Positions 23,234 to 35,600 of a DNA stretch of 64,000 nt are shown here, in pieces (the stretch's first letter is position 1; each line of letters begins with the position of its first letter). The notes under the pieces are model-generated. The model was not told the DNA's origin. It saw only the letters and a list, made by a program, of their open reading frames with translations, and searched no databases. The position numbers and the translations under genes were made by a program. The stretch is taken from positions 496,001-560,000 of the forward strand of contig BCGN01000009.1 of assembly GCA_001599295.1 (NCBI GenBank), read 5' to 3'. The stretch is from Sporopachydermia quercuum. Taxonomy: Eukaryota.

Positions 23234-23883
23234 TTTTGGTTTTGTTAGATTTAGTTTATGAAGTATGTCTGATGGGTTTATGTGTAGATATTATAAGTGA
23301 TAAGTTTGGATAAGAACATGATGGATAATTAGCTTGCAATAAGCTACTACTTATTGTTGAACAACATAACTAAGAAAGTCAATCTATCAACAGATATCTT
23401 TATGATTCTAAATGGTTTTACCATTAAAGAGCACTGGATACTACTCATAATATATGTTCCAATGGTAAATCAGCACTTCAGCGAAATGTGATCAAATATG
23501 TCAGTAACGATGATATCAACGAAAATGTGATATGTCGATTGACTTTACTATTTACTATTCATGCTAAGCAACATGAACAACATAAACAACAACAGCATGT
23601 ATCTACAAGTCATTTCACTTCTGGATAATGAGTTATTCGCACTTAACTCTACAGGTCAATGTTTACACAAGCTTACTTTACTGGTAGTCTGATCTTGTTA
23701 ACTACTATACTATAACAACTATATTGTACACTATATACTAATTGCTGAAAACTATCAGATCATGTTATCAAATATTAAGGTATTTTATTGATTACTTTTC
23801 ATAGCAACTCTCTATGTGATACTTCACCAGGAAATAACACACACAACACACACACATAACAGATCAACAGTTATCATCTATGC

Positions 23884-25302
23884 TTATATCTGGGTCACGG
23901 TTATTGATATAGTGGAAGTGGTCGTGTTTGGTCTTATGCTCAAAGTTGTTCCATTATCTGAGTAGTAGAAGAAAGAAGCGTCAGATGAAATAAAACCATC
24001 ATTCCAGTCTTCATCATCTGAAGTGCATGTTGGCTCTTCAGGTTTTGTAGTGATAGTACTGGTATCAATGGTACTAGAGGGCTCAACAGTAGTAGACTCA
24101 ACAGTAGTGGGCTCAACAGTACTTGAAGGCTCAAAAGTGGTAGGGTCAACAGTACTAGGCTCTAAAGTACTTGGCTCTAAAGTACTAGAAGGCTCATTAG
24201 TAGTGGTCTCTGAAGTACTAGAAGGTTCAACGGTACTAGTAGGCTCTAAAGTAGGCTCAACAGTACTTGAAGATTCAACAGATTCAATAGTACTATTGCT
24301 AAAACTGGTATTTTCGGGATCTATCAAAATTGAGGCACTTGTTGGCTGGGGTATTGTTGTGGATGGTATTGTCGAATTAGAGTATGAACTCGATAAACTT
24401 GATGAAGATGGAGACAATGTTGATAACCAAGCTTTCTGGGCATCTAATGATGTTGCAGAACTCACTTCAGCAGTGGAAACAACCTCCGAAGACGTTGTAT
24501 TTGCAATTGAGTATCCCCTGGTTGAAGAAGCAACTGAACTAGATGATGATAGTGTTGTGCTTGCAGTGGTATAATTGGAATCCGATGTCAATGTAGGATA
24601 CAAGGCTCCTAATGTTGCAGTTGCAGTAGATGATGATCCATAAGAAGTACTATTCACATATAACGTGGCAGAAGGTATAGTGACGTTATAAATATTCGAG
24701 GTTGTTTTAGTGAGATAAGACCCATTCTGACTTTGAGTGTAAATACCAGATAACACATTAGTCACAGCATTTGGATAAACAGTGATAGTAGATGTACTCT
24801 CAAATCCATATACATAAGAATCAATTGTTGAGGTTCTTTGAATAGTAGACGTTGGAAGTGTAGTAAAGCTGGTAACAGTAGAAGCTGTTGCTTGACCACT
24901 GGATGCAGTTATATATTTGTCTAGCTGTTGACCTCCTTTAGTATAGGTTACAGTGTAATCAGGGTCGATATATGAAGCAGGATTTGAAGAAGAGCTACCA
25001 CTAGTGGATGCAGAATCACTNACAGAAGTAGTATATGAATCGTATGGTCCTCCTGATGGTGTTACTGTTACAGTTTTTGAATCGTCAGAACCATCGACAT
25101 TAACCAAAGGATAAGTTATGGATTCAGTGAAAGGATGCTCTGACTTTTGCAAATGACAGTCAGTTCCGTATACTGTTACGGTTTCTATCATGGGAGGCCA
25201 AATCCAAGGTGTGTCTGGTGAGTTTTCCTCTTCTTTCGGTACTGGGACAGCATTTACCAATGCTATGAGAATTGAGCTCAGAAATAGTTTATTAATCAGC
25301 AT
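23884..25302 (-). CDS. Secreted Ser/Thr-rich cell-wall or mucin-like glycoprotein, 472 aa
   Basis: Signal peptide MLINKLFLSSILIALVNA from the ATG at 25302, very high S/T content, several N-glycosylation sequons and EPSST repeats. Confidence 0.88.
   Translation of the reverse strand: MLINKLFLSSILIALVNAVPVPKEEENSPDTPWIWPPMIETVTVYGTDCHLQKSEHPFTESITYPLVNVDGSDDSKTVTVTPSGGPYDSYTTSXSDSASTSGSSSSNPASYIDPDYTVTYTKGGQQLDKYITASSGQATASTVTSFTTLPTSTIQRTSTIDSYVYGFESTSTITVYPNAVTNVLSGIYTQSQNGSYLTKTTSNIYNVTIPSATLYVNSTSYGSSSTATATLGALYPTLTSDSNYTTASTTLSSSSSVASSTRGYSIANTTSSEVVSTAEVSSATSLDAQKAWLSTLSPSSSSLSSSYSNSTIPSTTIPQPTSASILIDPENTSFSNSTIESVESSSTVEPTLEPTSTVEPSSTSETTTNEPSSTLEPSTLEPSTVDPTTFEPSSTVEPTTVESTTVEPSSTIDTSTITTKPEEPTCTSDDEDWNDGFISSDASFFYYSDNGTTLSIRPNTTTSTISITVTQI
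24060..24290 (-). repeat. Coding minisatellite encoding EP(S/T)(S)T(V/L) repeats
   Basis: Repeated plus-strand units such as GGCTCAACAGTACT and GGCTCTAAAGTACT. Confidence 0.8.
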
Positions 25303-28274
25303 TTTAATAAGTTTAGCGTTTTCTGATAATTTTCTTTTGAATTCTAACCAATTGTATTGATTGTTTCTTCTATATGTTGTAGTTGTGTGAATTAGCGAAT
25401 GCCTTTTTGACTGGTGATATAGTATCACTTAGTTGCAATTAACGGGATTCTCTAGTTGAGCAAGACTGGATGATTTGAATCAGTTTTAAACGAATGACTG
25501 GAAGTTAGTTTCCTTGTATTTTTTTAGTTGCTGAAAGAGAGATAAATCATATAGCTTCTCTGTTCTTTTATTGCGATAGTAACATAAGTGTTGTACTGTA
25601 TTAAAAAGAAAGAAAGAATAGGTTAAAATCTCTTATTGCCGTCGATCGTAACTCGATACAATAAACTGGCAAAACAAAGAGGGATGTTTGAAATTTGTGT
25701 AGTGTTGTGCCACCAAAGAGAAAATGCCATTGTTATATACCTTACAATAAAATTTTGCGTCAGAAAAGATAGACATCATGATTGTATGGCTGGTTGGAGT
25801 TCAATTCGTACTGATTGAATTGAAGGTAACTCGACGCGATTTTCGGGACAAACATTGGATATTAGATTTATTATGTAAACAAGTAGAAAGTGATTGAATT
25901 TAGTAATAACAATGATCATAATGAGTTTGTTTTCATTGTTTCAAATGGCTGGCAGGTTATATGGAAGAAGAGTTGCATACCATATTTGGTTATACAATAG
26001 GACCCATGATCATTAAGTTAGAGCACTGACAGGGATACTTGGATACTTCGTATATTTATGGCTGGTGGTAGAGATGATTTGAATATTTAATTTTCATTAT
26101 ACGAGTAGCAATAAGGTGATGATGCACATTATTTGGTTCGAAACGACGAAAGGATGAGAAGTACTTTAGGAGGTGAGGTATATTGATGCTGGTTAGTAAA
26201 TTCCAGAAAAGGAAGGAATATTAGTCAAATTGGGATGAGTTTGTTAACTTAATTAAGGTTTGACAATTAAGGTTCTAGATGCAGGGTTTTACATTACGAG
26301 GCAGTTGAAGGGAGTCTTTCTGTGAAATAATAGATGTGGTGGCAAAATACAGTAAATATGTTTTTCTAAACAATGCGAAAGATGATATGATTACTTTCAA
26401 TTAAATTTATTGGAAATTATATGTTTACCCTTTTCATTACCAATTTGAGCATTTAAATACTCTACACATATTATTCTGAACCATTTACTAATAAAGAAGG
26501 ATTTACTAATAAGTTAAGCTAGATTGGGACTAGTCTTGCATACTGTTAAACTAAGTTTTATAAACTCTATTTTAGCTTAACTCAATTCAGCAAACCTCAA
26601 CCATCTGACTCAACTCCAATTGACTACTATAGGTCATTCTTTGGTTGGTGTGATAGAAAGAAAAATTGTTGGTGAATTAATTTTCCAATTAAATGCTCCA
26701 ATTTAATCTCACCAAACTGAGATTTCGGAGTCAAACTTTTGGCGAACTAAGAATACGGCATATGAATTTTAGAAATCCCGAACAAGTCTATCCACACTCT
26801 TCTCGTAGGTTATTAACCAAATAAATGTAAGACAAAGAAATATATATTGTACAAATAAATAGCTAGCTCTCTAAAGAAGCATGCTATTTAACTCCGCTGG
26901 GTCCGAACCTATTCTATTCTATTTCTTCAACAAGCTCGACAGCTTATTAAAGGAATAGAATACCCACGATTCATCACTCAGAACAACTAACTAAACAGAG
27001 TATCCGTCAGTTCAATATCTACCCATCAAATTTAACAATCACCGTAAATAATTACAGTTGGAAGAGAACGCTAGTTCCTTTATCGTTTCATTATATTTTA
27101 TATCAAATGACTTTTAAGCATATTATTTTCTCCTGAAGTCCTCTTGTGATTCACTACCTAAATGAGATATATTGAGTCTACTTACCTGCCATCGTTTCTC
27201 TATTGGGAAGGTGTCAAATTTAAAGTTTGTTTCTTCAAAAACACGTTAACCTTAAAACCGTTTTGTTAACCTTATTTTTCAGATTTCTCAAATCCAGCGA
27301 TGATCTTTGTTTGACATATATTATAACAATGTAAGATTTATTGGTTTGAGAAGTTTTGGTATATGAATGATTAAGATGATTGTCTAGGTTCTTATTCAAG
27401 ATAATTCTTTGGAGTTCTTTTAGCAAGCTGGTGAAGTTTGACAGCTGATAAAGTTTACCATGCATTTTGAACAGGCATTGATTCCTTCATTTAATTCTAA
27501 CTACCGATTTGACATTGACTTCATCATTAGATGAGCCTGGCTTTGTTGTAATGCATTGACTTTTATAGAAAACATTTTTCCAAAGAAGTTGGTTCGTTTC
27601 TATGGCATCAAATAATAAAAGAGCTCGGGGAGTTTTGCGGAAACTCTTTGATTACATTGAGTTATTGGTTCCAATGTTATGTGTTTCATCGAACGAATTA
27701 ACAGTATTCATATGGGTCATCTGGCAAATGGTTCGACACCTGAGGCAACATTTCACTTTGAAAAGCTTTAGATTTTATTTTTTGAAGTGTTATATTATGA
27801 GGTTTTATTTTTCTGTGTTTTCACCATTTTAACTTACAGAAAATGCTGGTTAGTTATAGCAATATTTATACAGAAATATGATTTTCATACTCCTGATTTC
27901 TCTGATTCAAGCCTCTCCTATGAATGTATCTGACAGAGAGCTGTATGCGGTTATTTTGAGAACTATACTTATAATTCCTGTTGTGACTATCCATAATAGC
28001 AGAGAACATCTGAACAAACTGTTTCTGGAGAGAATTCTTCTGGAATAAATAAGCTCTTAAACTTTTCTCTCGCATGATCGGCAGAACAGAATATGCGTTA
28101 TCAACAGCTTGTTAATCAACTCATGAAGACATAAAAATAAAATTAATTCAACCCATATTATACACATTATATATCCTTAACCAACAATAATAATAATAAT
28201 ATTTTTTTACTGCATAATACTATGATCCAATTTGGTTACTTATCAATACCTCATCTCTATCAATATCCATTTGA

Positions 28275-28960
28275 TCAACTTAGCTGAGCAGAAGCAATCG
28301 CTATATTGATCTCAATACAATTTCTGACAGCTTTTTTCCATCGATCCTCCAAGTACACTATTGTTGACTCCACTTCTGTTTGCCTTCTCTTTCTCTCTAT
28401 GTTTATTTCTTCTACTAGCTTCCGTTTCCGTTCTAATTCTTCACCTGCAAATTCCGAAGCTTGCTTGAGATCTTCATTGCCCACAAGCCATTTATTTCTT
28501 TCAAATTCATTCATTAATTCGTATGCTCTTAAGCTCAATTCTGCATAAATCAAGCACGTTTTCCTCCGTTCTGTAGCCTCCTGCGTAGAGTCCTTTGAGT
28601 CCGGATAGGTAAACTTCGATATATCAATACCTCCAATCGACCAATTGTCTATAGTATGTCCTTCAATTTGTAGTTTCTCCAGTTCTACTATTTGCTTTTC
28701 TAATGCCAATTTCTGCAAAGAATTTGAATCTATGATCCCAAATCTCTCTCTTAAATCAGGATGTAATAGTTGTTTCGGCAGTTGGTCAAACTCTTCTTTG
28801 ATCAGAGCCTCAATGCTTTGTCTATCTGAATATTCTTTGTCGATATCTATTTAGAAATGTTAGTATTCCCACATTAAAAGTCGATGATATATTGAAATCG
28901 TCTGATATCAAGAACCCAGTAAAACATACAGCTTAGACAGTCAATGACAGTAGAATCCAT
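28275..28960 (-). CDS. SNT309: Prp19-complex splicing factor SPF27/BCAS2 (Snt309); exons 28960-28930 and 28846-28275, 200 aa
   Basis: The spliced N-terminus is MDSTVIDCLSYIDKEY...IEALIKEE, with later motifs GGIDISKF, KWLVGN and INIERKRRQ..LEDRW. The 83-nt intron reads GTATGT..TACTAAC..TAG. It is adjacent to RPL11, as in S. cerevisiae. Confidence 0.88.
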
Positions 28961-29240
28961 TCTTAACGGTATATCGGAAGTGAATTTGGATAGTTGCGGT
29001 AATACAAGGCTGAATGTCAGTGGAAGCCACTACAATTGAAAATTGTCACAGTTATTCAACTCTGTCTATCAATTGCAGATTCACTATTGATTAATAAAAT
29101 AGTAATGAGAACATTAAGACAAACTAATGGGAAGAGTAATTGTAAATAAATGTGTGAAGAGCTAAGGACGAAAATAATATTTACTGAAAATAGCATTCAT
29201 GATTATATAATCAGAATAAAACAAATACTACCCTATTATG

Positions 29241-29253
29241 TCACGTGCCCTAA
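29241..29253. promoter_or_regulatory. Overlapping Cbf1 (TCACGTG) and Tbf1-type (GCCCTAA) sites upstream of RPL11
   Basis: TCACGTGCCCTAA about 340 bp upstream of the RPL11 ATG. Cbf1 plus Tbf1 is the known Candida-type ribosomal-protein promoter architecture. Confidence 0.55.
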
Positions 29254-29590
29254 TGAAGGTTTGTACTGATTATTGTATTAAGTGCTGATAAATACCCAGA
29301 ACTAAGAACATATCATCACTCATGCGCACATCAAATCTCGGCAAAAATGTTTGGGGGATTTCCATGACAATGAAAATTATGTATGTTGGACTGAGTGAAT
29401 ACGTGAGTGGGAACGCAAACCAAACGCAACAGCATACTGACTAACAGAGAGTTAACCTTCTCAAACTACTTCTTGTCCTATACAAATATTATAGGATCCT
29501 TTTTGCTTAACACATTTAAAATATCTGCTGAAAGTGTATTGTGGACTCTGATAACCATTGTCATAATCAGTAATAACCAATATATTCAAA

Positions 29591-30531
29591 ATGGTATGTT
29601 TGAAAGTTGTAATATGGCTGGAATAATTGAGCTATTATGTGTAATGATTTTGGAAATGAAATGGTCAGCTTGTTCGAATGTTTGTTCTACAGAACTGGAC
29701 ATTGAGGTGTGCGGTATGAGGATTGTATTTGCAAAATAATTATGAACACCTGCAACGAATGATCCTGGTCAAAAATCATTAATCAATATCAAAGGAGGTT
29801 TGGCCTAGAAGTAAGAAGTTTATCATCTAAGCGACGGATAGCTAAATTGGATACTGAGTTTTAAAGAGTAGAATATTCAACATTTCACCATGAGCACGAG
29901 ATTTATAAATTTAAAGGCGAATACTCAGCAACTCTAATGCATTTTCACTGAAATATCTATTATCTTCAATCGCTTGTATTTATCAAATCTCAGTTTACTA
30001 ACATATTTGCAGAGTTCCTCTTCCAACCCTATGAAGAACATCTACATTGAGAAGCTAGTTCTCAATATCTGTGTCGGTGAATCCGGTGACAGATTGACCA
30101 GAGCTGCCAAGGTTTTGGAACAACTCTCTGGTCAAACTCCCGTCTACTCTAAGGCCAGATACACTGTCAGAACTTTCGGTATCAGAAGAAACGAAAAGAT
30201 TGCTGTTCACGTTACTGTTAGAGGACCTAAGGCTGAAGAAATTCTCGAAAGAGGTTTGAAGGTCAAGGAATACCAATTGAGAAACAGGAACTTCTCTGAG
30301 ACTGGTAACTTTGGTTTCGGTATTTCTGAACACATCGATTTGGGTATCAAGTATGATCCTTCTATTGGAATTTACGGTATGGATTTCTACGTTGTTTTGG
30401 GACGTCCTGGTGCTCGTGTTGCCAGAAGAAAGAGACTTAGAGGAACCATTGGTAACTCTCACAAGATTGACAAGGAAGACTCTATTGAATGGTTCAAGAA
30501 CAGATACGATGCTGATGTCTTAAACAAATAA
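29591..30531 (+). CDS. RPL11: 60S ribosomal protein uL5/L11; exon 1 is the ATG only (29591-29593), exon 2 is 30013-30531
   Basis: [34 protein letters not shown]. The 419-nt intron reads GTATGT..TACTAAC..CAG. Confidence 0.97.
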
Positions 30532-31131
30532 ACACACCAGTAGTATAATAATAAAAGATTGAATGTTTATTGTTAGTATGCTAGCATAAGATAAATTTTT
30601 ATCAGCAATGAAAAGTACTTTATTTTAAATGTTGCTGTTATATAATGACGATACTCCGATATGTTTTCCATTCATTGATACCTTTCTTCTTTTATCCTCG
30701 GTCAGATGCAGTACTGAGTATTAGGAACAGAGTAGCTTTTGTAGTGAAGTAACACTAACTCCTGCGACATCCTGCCAGTTTTCGGCTGTAACCGTATACG
30801 TTGTCCGTATACTTCGATATTGAACATTCCCACTCCTACTGTAGCTCTTCATGAGGTACGTCTTAATACTTATTTAAAGACGAACTTCTACTTCTAGCTT
30901 ATTCTATCTCTTCGAATCCTAGAGACCCATTTTCTAAACCTACTATCTTGCGTCTCATCTCATACTTATACTAATGTACATTGCATCTCACTTCGTTGGC
31001 CCCTCCAACACCCAAATCCAAAGCTCGCATAAGCTCACGTCTCCCCACAAATTTAGTCTCAACTCAGGGATTCCTGCTTAGCTCTTTGTACTATCATATC
31101 ATCGCACTAATAATCAAGCGTACAAATGGCA

Positions 31132-31140
31132 ATTGCCACT
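31132..31140 (-). promoter_or_regulatory. PACE-like Rpn4 element (AGTGGCAAT) upstream of PRE2
   Basis: Near-match to RGTGGCAAA about 110 bp upstream of a proteasome gene. Confidence 0.45.
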
Positions 31141-31248
31141 ACGATCCTTTATTGTTCCTTACAGTTGATAGTACGATAGAACGATACTATCAAGCATTAT
31201 TGCATCAGATCTGCATATCAAAGTATCAATCAGCATAATCAAGTTATA

Positions 31249-32118
31249 ATGGATGCTATATTCAAAAAATACACATCTGGCCGTTTGTATAACGAGGATT
31301 TGGGCCAAGATGAGTACGCACTAGTTGAGAGAAGACAACCAATGCAATATATAGGTGATGAAGCTCCAATTACTCCAGAATTAACGCTTCCTCCAATTTC
31401 TCAGCCAACAGCTTTCCTCAGAGCCCACACAGACGATTCTCAAAATCCTGATTGCAAAATCAAAATTGCTCATGGTACTACAACTCTAGCATTCAGATTC
31501 CAAGGTGGTATCGTAGTAGCTGTTGATTCTCGTGCTACAGCGGGTAACTGGATTGCCTCTCAAACCGTTAAGAAAGTGATTGAGATCAATCCATTTTTAT
31601 TAGGTACTATGGCAGGTGGTGCTGCTGATTGTCAATTCTGGGAAACTTGGCTTGGAACCCAGTGTCGATTTCATGAACTTCGAGAGAAATCGCGTATTTC
31701 TGTTGCCGGTGCAAGTAAAATCCTCTCTAATCTTATATATAGCTATAAAGGAATGGGTTTATCGATGGGTACAATGGTGTGTGGTTATACCAAATCAGAA
31801 GGACCAGCAATTTACTATGTTGATAGTGATGGAACAAGATTAAAAGGTGATATATTCTGCGTGGGATCAGGACAAACGTTTGCTTATGGTGTTTTAGATT
31901 CAAGTTATCATTGGGATTTAACTGTTGATGAAGCTCTAGCTTTAGGCAAAAGAAGTATTTTAGCTGCTACACATCGTGATGCTTATTCTGGTGGTTCTAT
32001 CAATTTATATCATGTCACCGAGAATGGTTGGATATATCATGGTAATTATGATGTTGGTGACTTATTCTGGAAAACAAAGGAAGAAGAGGGATCATTTAAT
32101 AATGTTGTTACTGTTTAA
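31249..32118 (+). CDS. PRE2: 20S proteasome subunit beta-5 precursor
   Basis: Propeptide followed by [26 protein letters not shown], which contains the catalytic Thr. Confidence 0.98.
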   Translation: MDAIFKKYTSGRLYNEDLGQDEYALVERRQPMQYIGDEAPITPELTLPPISQPTAFLRAHTDDSQNPDCKIKIAHGTTTLAFRFQGGIVVAVDSRATAGNWIASQTVKKVIEINPFLLGTMAGGAADCQFWETWLGTQCRFHELREKSRISVAGASKILSNLIYSYKGMGLSMGTMVCGYTKSEGPAIYYVDSDGTRLKGDIFCVGSGQTFAYGVLDSSYHWDLTVDEALALGKRSILAATHRDAYSGGSINLYHVTENGWIYHGNYDVGDLFWKTKEEEGSFNNVVTV

Positions 32119-32628
32119 TAGAATAAGGAATCAAGTGAAGTTTCAGGTGTTAGAATAGAAATATGAGTTACTGAGTAAGGACCCTTTTTACTAGTAGAGT
32201 ACATACAGTTAGGAATTGTAATCAGGTTGAATTGGCTCAACAGAATGAATGAATTAGTTTAGCAGGATGCTAATAATTGTATTGAGTGTTTATATGTATC
32301 TAAATGAGGATGATGAAACTTATAAACTGAAGGCCGATATTGTATAGCTATTAATATGCTTGCTTTATGGTATCATATGTCAACCTAAGTTAACCATTTC
32401 TACGAAAGCATTCACTCTATTGAATGTATTGCCATTATGATTAATTTATACTACCTCTTTATTCTATTATCATTTGAACCATTTATTATAGTAAACATTC
32501 CGTATTAATGACTATCTTACCATTACTATACTACAATACCAATATGATACTACTCTCTATCTCTACTAAGAATCTATATTATACTATTATGACACTATAC
32601 TATTATACTNCTCTAATATACCATATCA

Positions 32629-35600
32629 TTATTCTAATCGAGGAGCTTTGATCTTCTCTTCATTTCCTTCTAATTCATCTCCAGGTCTTTTCAATGATAA
32701 ACTTTTCTGCTCTATCATTTGTAGTAGAGATTTAGACTCGGTTTCGGATGCATCAGGCAAAGGTGTTGACGTAGATAACGGGATAGTGCATTTAGTTACT
32801 GGCGTTGACAGAATCGTAGGTATAGGTGTTGATGTGGATGTAGATGTAGTTGACCCGCTAGCAGCAGGTACTTCTGATTGTTCATTCATTGTATCTGTTG
32901 ATTGTTTGGCAGAAGCATTTGATGATGGGACAGTACCTTGTGGCGGCTGTTGAGGTTCGGTCTCAGTCTGCTTTGCATTGGTATTACCACCCTCAGTAGC
33001 CGTAGAATCATTACCGCTAACAGGAGATACTGATTTTGGTGTTGTACTGACTGATGCTTGCTGAGAAGCAGTTGATGCAGCCGGTTGAGTCTTCTGCACT
33101 GGAGACTGTGAAGCAGGTTTACCTACAGCTGTTCCTTTACTGGTAGCAGGTTTACTGGCACCCGCGGTCTTCTTCATAACATTAGCGGTAGCTACAGTGA
33201 CGGCAGTCGTTAGCATTTTGTTCAAGTATTGGGGATTTTTCTCTATCAAATGCGTGGTAAATGCACTGCTGCTTATGTTCATGGTCTTTGCAGCTTGAGT
33301 CATCTGAGCAATTGTTATAGCTAGCGATTGGGTCAGAATAGCTGCAGTTGTACTCTTATCATAGTGTTTGTCTTTCAGCTGTTTCATCAATTGCTGTTGG
33401 AGATATGTTAATGCTTTCATTGTATCACTGGAAATTTCTTTTCCATTCAATTGTTTGCTTTTATTACCAATGGCACCAGCGGAGCCTGCTACGCCAGATC
33501 CAGGGGCAGGAGAAGAGGAACTCCGGCTAGCGTTTTCTGGATCGTAATTTCTGGTGGAATCGTTGTTACTTCGTTGTAACTTGATTTCGCTTGCTAGTTC
33601 TGCTATTGTTTTCTCTTTCTTTGTAGCATTGCTGGCTGTGTTGTTCTGATCTGCAGTGGCTGCTGTTCCTGCACTAGAAGGTGCAGTGCTGTGTTTAACA
33701 CCTTGTGTAACACCTGTACCGGATGCCCCGGCAGGTCCAGTGCCTGCATTAGTTGAAGCAGATGAGCTTGCGGCTCCAGTGGCAGCACCTTTCCCTCTAG
33801 CTGCTGCTGCTCTAGCCTTTGCGGCGGCATTCGCAGCAGCTTTCTTCTTCTGGCGTTCTTTCTCTGCACAGTACTCTTCATCTAAACCCCAAAGCCATCC
33901 TTTGCCCTCTTTTGATATCTTCATGAACGTTTTATTCAACGATAAGTTATGTCGCACGGAACTTTGCCATCCATCGGGACAGTATTTATAATAAGGGAAG
34001 AGTTCCTGTATGGATTTATATATTTCACTAAGGGACATTCCCTTAGGAGAGCCATGTGTCCTTAAACAGGTGGCAATAAGAGTCGAGTAAGAAAGCGGAG
34101 GTTTTGTGCGATACTCTTCCGGGATATCTTCCGGTTTGTATACTATCTTTTCTGCTTTTCGGGATTTCTTTTTAGGTTTAGAATTAGCAGCGGTGGGGTT
34201 GGCAGGATTATTATTAGGATCAATAGCAGTTGTTGAGGAGTCATTTTCGGAATTAACTCTCGATTCGGTTGCTACTCCCGGCTCTCCACTTTCAGAGGAT
34301 TGATTTTTCATTTTAGACCCTCTTCTTCCTTTCTCTTTATCAGATCCTTCTTTGCCGCGCTCTTCGCCGTCTTTGGTCCGATCTCTTTCTGACGCACTAC
34401 TTGGAACGGCAGTTATAGCTCGCAAAGATAAAGCTTCGGCAGGTTTCATTACCTCCGTTAATACTCCCATGCCTCTTCCTTTGTCTCCAGAGACTCCACC
34501 CGAGCCTTTTTCTCCGCTTGCCCCACCTACCCCCCTATCTCCAACCGAGGGAAGCACAAATGTGAACGGTATTTGCCCAATTTGGATCTTTGTGCCATCC
34601 GCTAACGGATACGTAACCCCTGTCTCCACAAACGTATTATCTATAAACGCTCCGTTTCTTCCCAAAATGGATATTTCAAACTGCTGTGTACCGAAATTAT
34701 AAAAGATCTTTGCATGCTTCCGAGAAATAGCCTTTGCTGTACCTAAATGCACGTCTACCGAGTTAGAATTAGGGTTATCCGTTCTTCTTCCGAGGAGTAC
34801 CTGCAGGGTCTGTACGTAGAAGGTGAAGGATTCAAAGTCTAACCTGGCGTATGCGGAGATTTTAGCCGACTCGTCGAACTGAAGAGCTGATTCTCCGAGG
34901 GCGGCTTCTCTGGTTAGAAGAGGTTGCGGGGTTTTAGCTAGAATGGCTGCGGGGTTTGGTCCCGCCAGACTAGAGACACCCGTAGAAGATTCTGAAAGGT
35001 CTTGCTTAATTGTATTAGATGTAGGAGTGTCTGAAAGCTCGGTGGTGAGTCTCGTATTGGTTCCATCGTCAGAGGGACCTGAAGTCCCCGCTAGTTCCGG
35101 GTTCCATTGATCTGGAGAAAAATCCATAAGGTCCGGAGGAGCAGTATTCTCTAGTTTTATGAGAGGCCGTTTAGTGGGTTCGGTGAATGTTGAAGGGAAT
35201 TCTTTATACTCGGATGAAGTATCGGGGCTGGTGTGCTGCTGCTTATTGGTGATGGCAATTGTGGGGTCATCCGGATGTGTCGGATGTGAAAGCGGNGTAG
35301 CGGTAGGATTAATGGGAAGGGTAACGTCGCCAGAAGCAAGTATTGTGTCGTCTGGATTAAGAAGGATATCCTCATTAGGCTGTTTTGTTCCCGAAGAGGA
35401 AAGTGGGGTTCCAGCAGCATTGCTAAGGGTGAATTGTTCCGTTATGGCTGTCTGAGGTTCTGGAGGTACCTGTATCAGGCTTTCCTGGGATAAATCTGGT
35501 ATGGGAGCTTTTAGCAGCGAATCATCATCAATAGAAGGATTAGCAATAGCATCGCCAGTAGTTATAGGAGTATTATTAGTAGTACTATTAGTAGAATTAT

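Noticed and set aside
26338..26346. Perfect PACE element GGTGGCAAA
   Set aside because: It is 1 kb from the nearest start codon and not beside a proteasome-related gene, so a single 9-mer may be chance.
27179..27200. ACTTACCTG resembling the 5' end of U1 snRNA
   Set aside because: No GATCA U1-70K loop or U1 helix organisation follows. It could equally be a CAG/GTAAGT word on the other strand, or chance.
26700..28100. Possible spliced gene or pseudogene on the minus strand (short ORFs 27866-28075 and 27235-27465, with GTATGA..AACTAAC..CAG)
   Set aside because: Neither acceptor I tested gave an open frame, and no protein family was recognisable.
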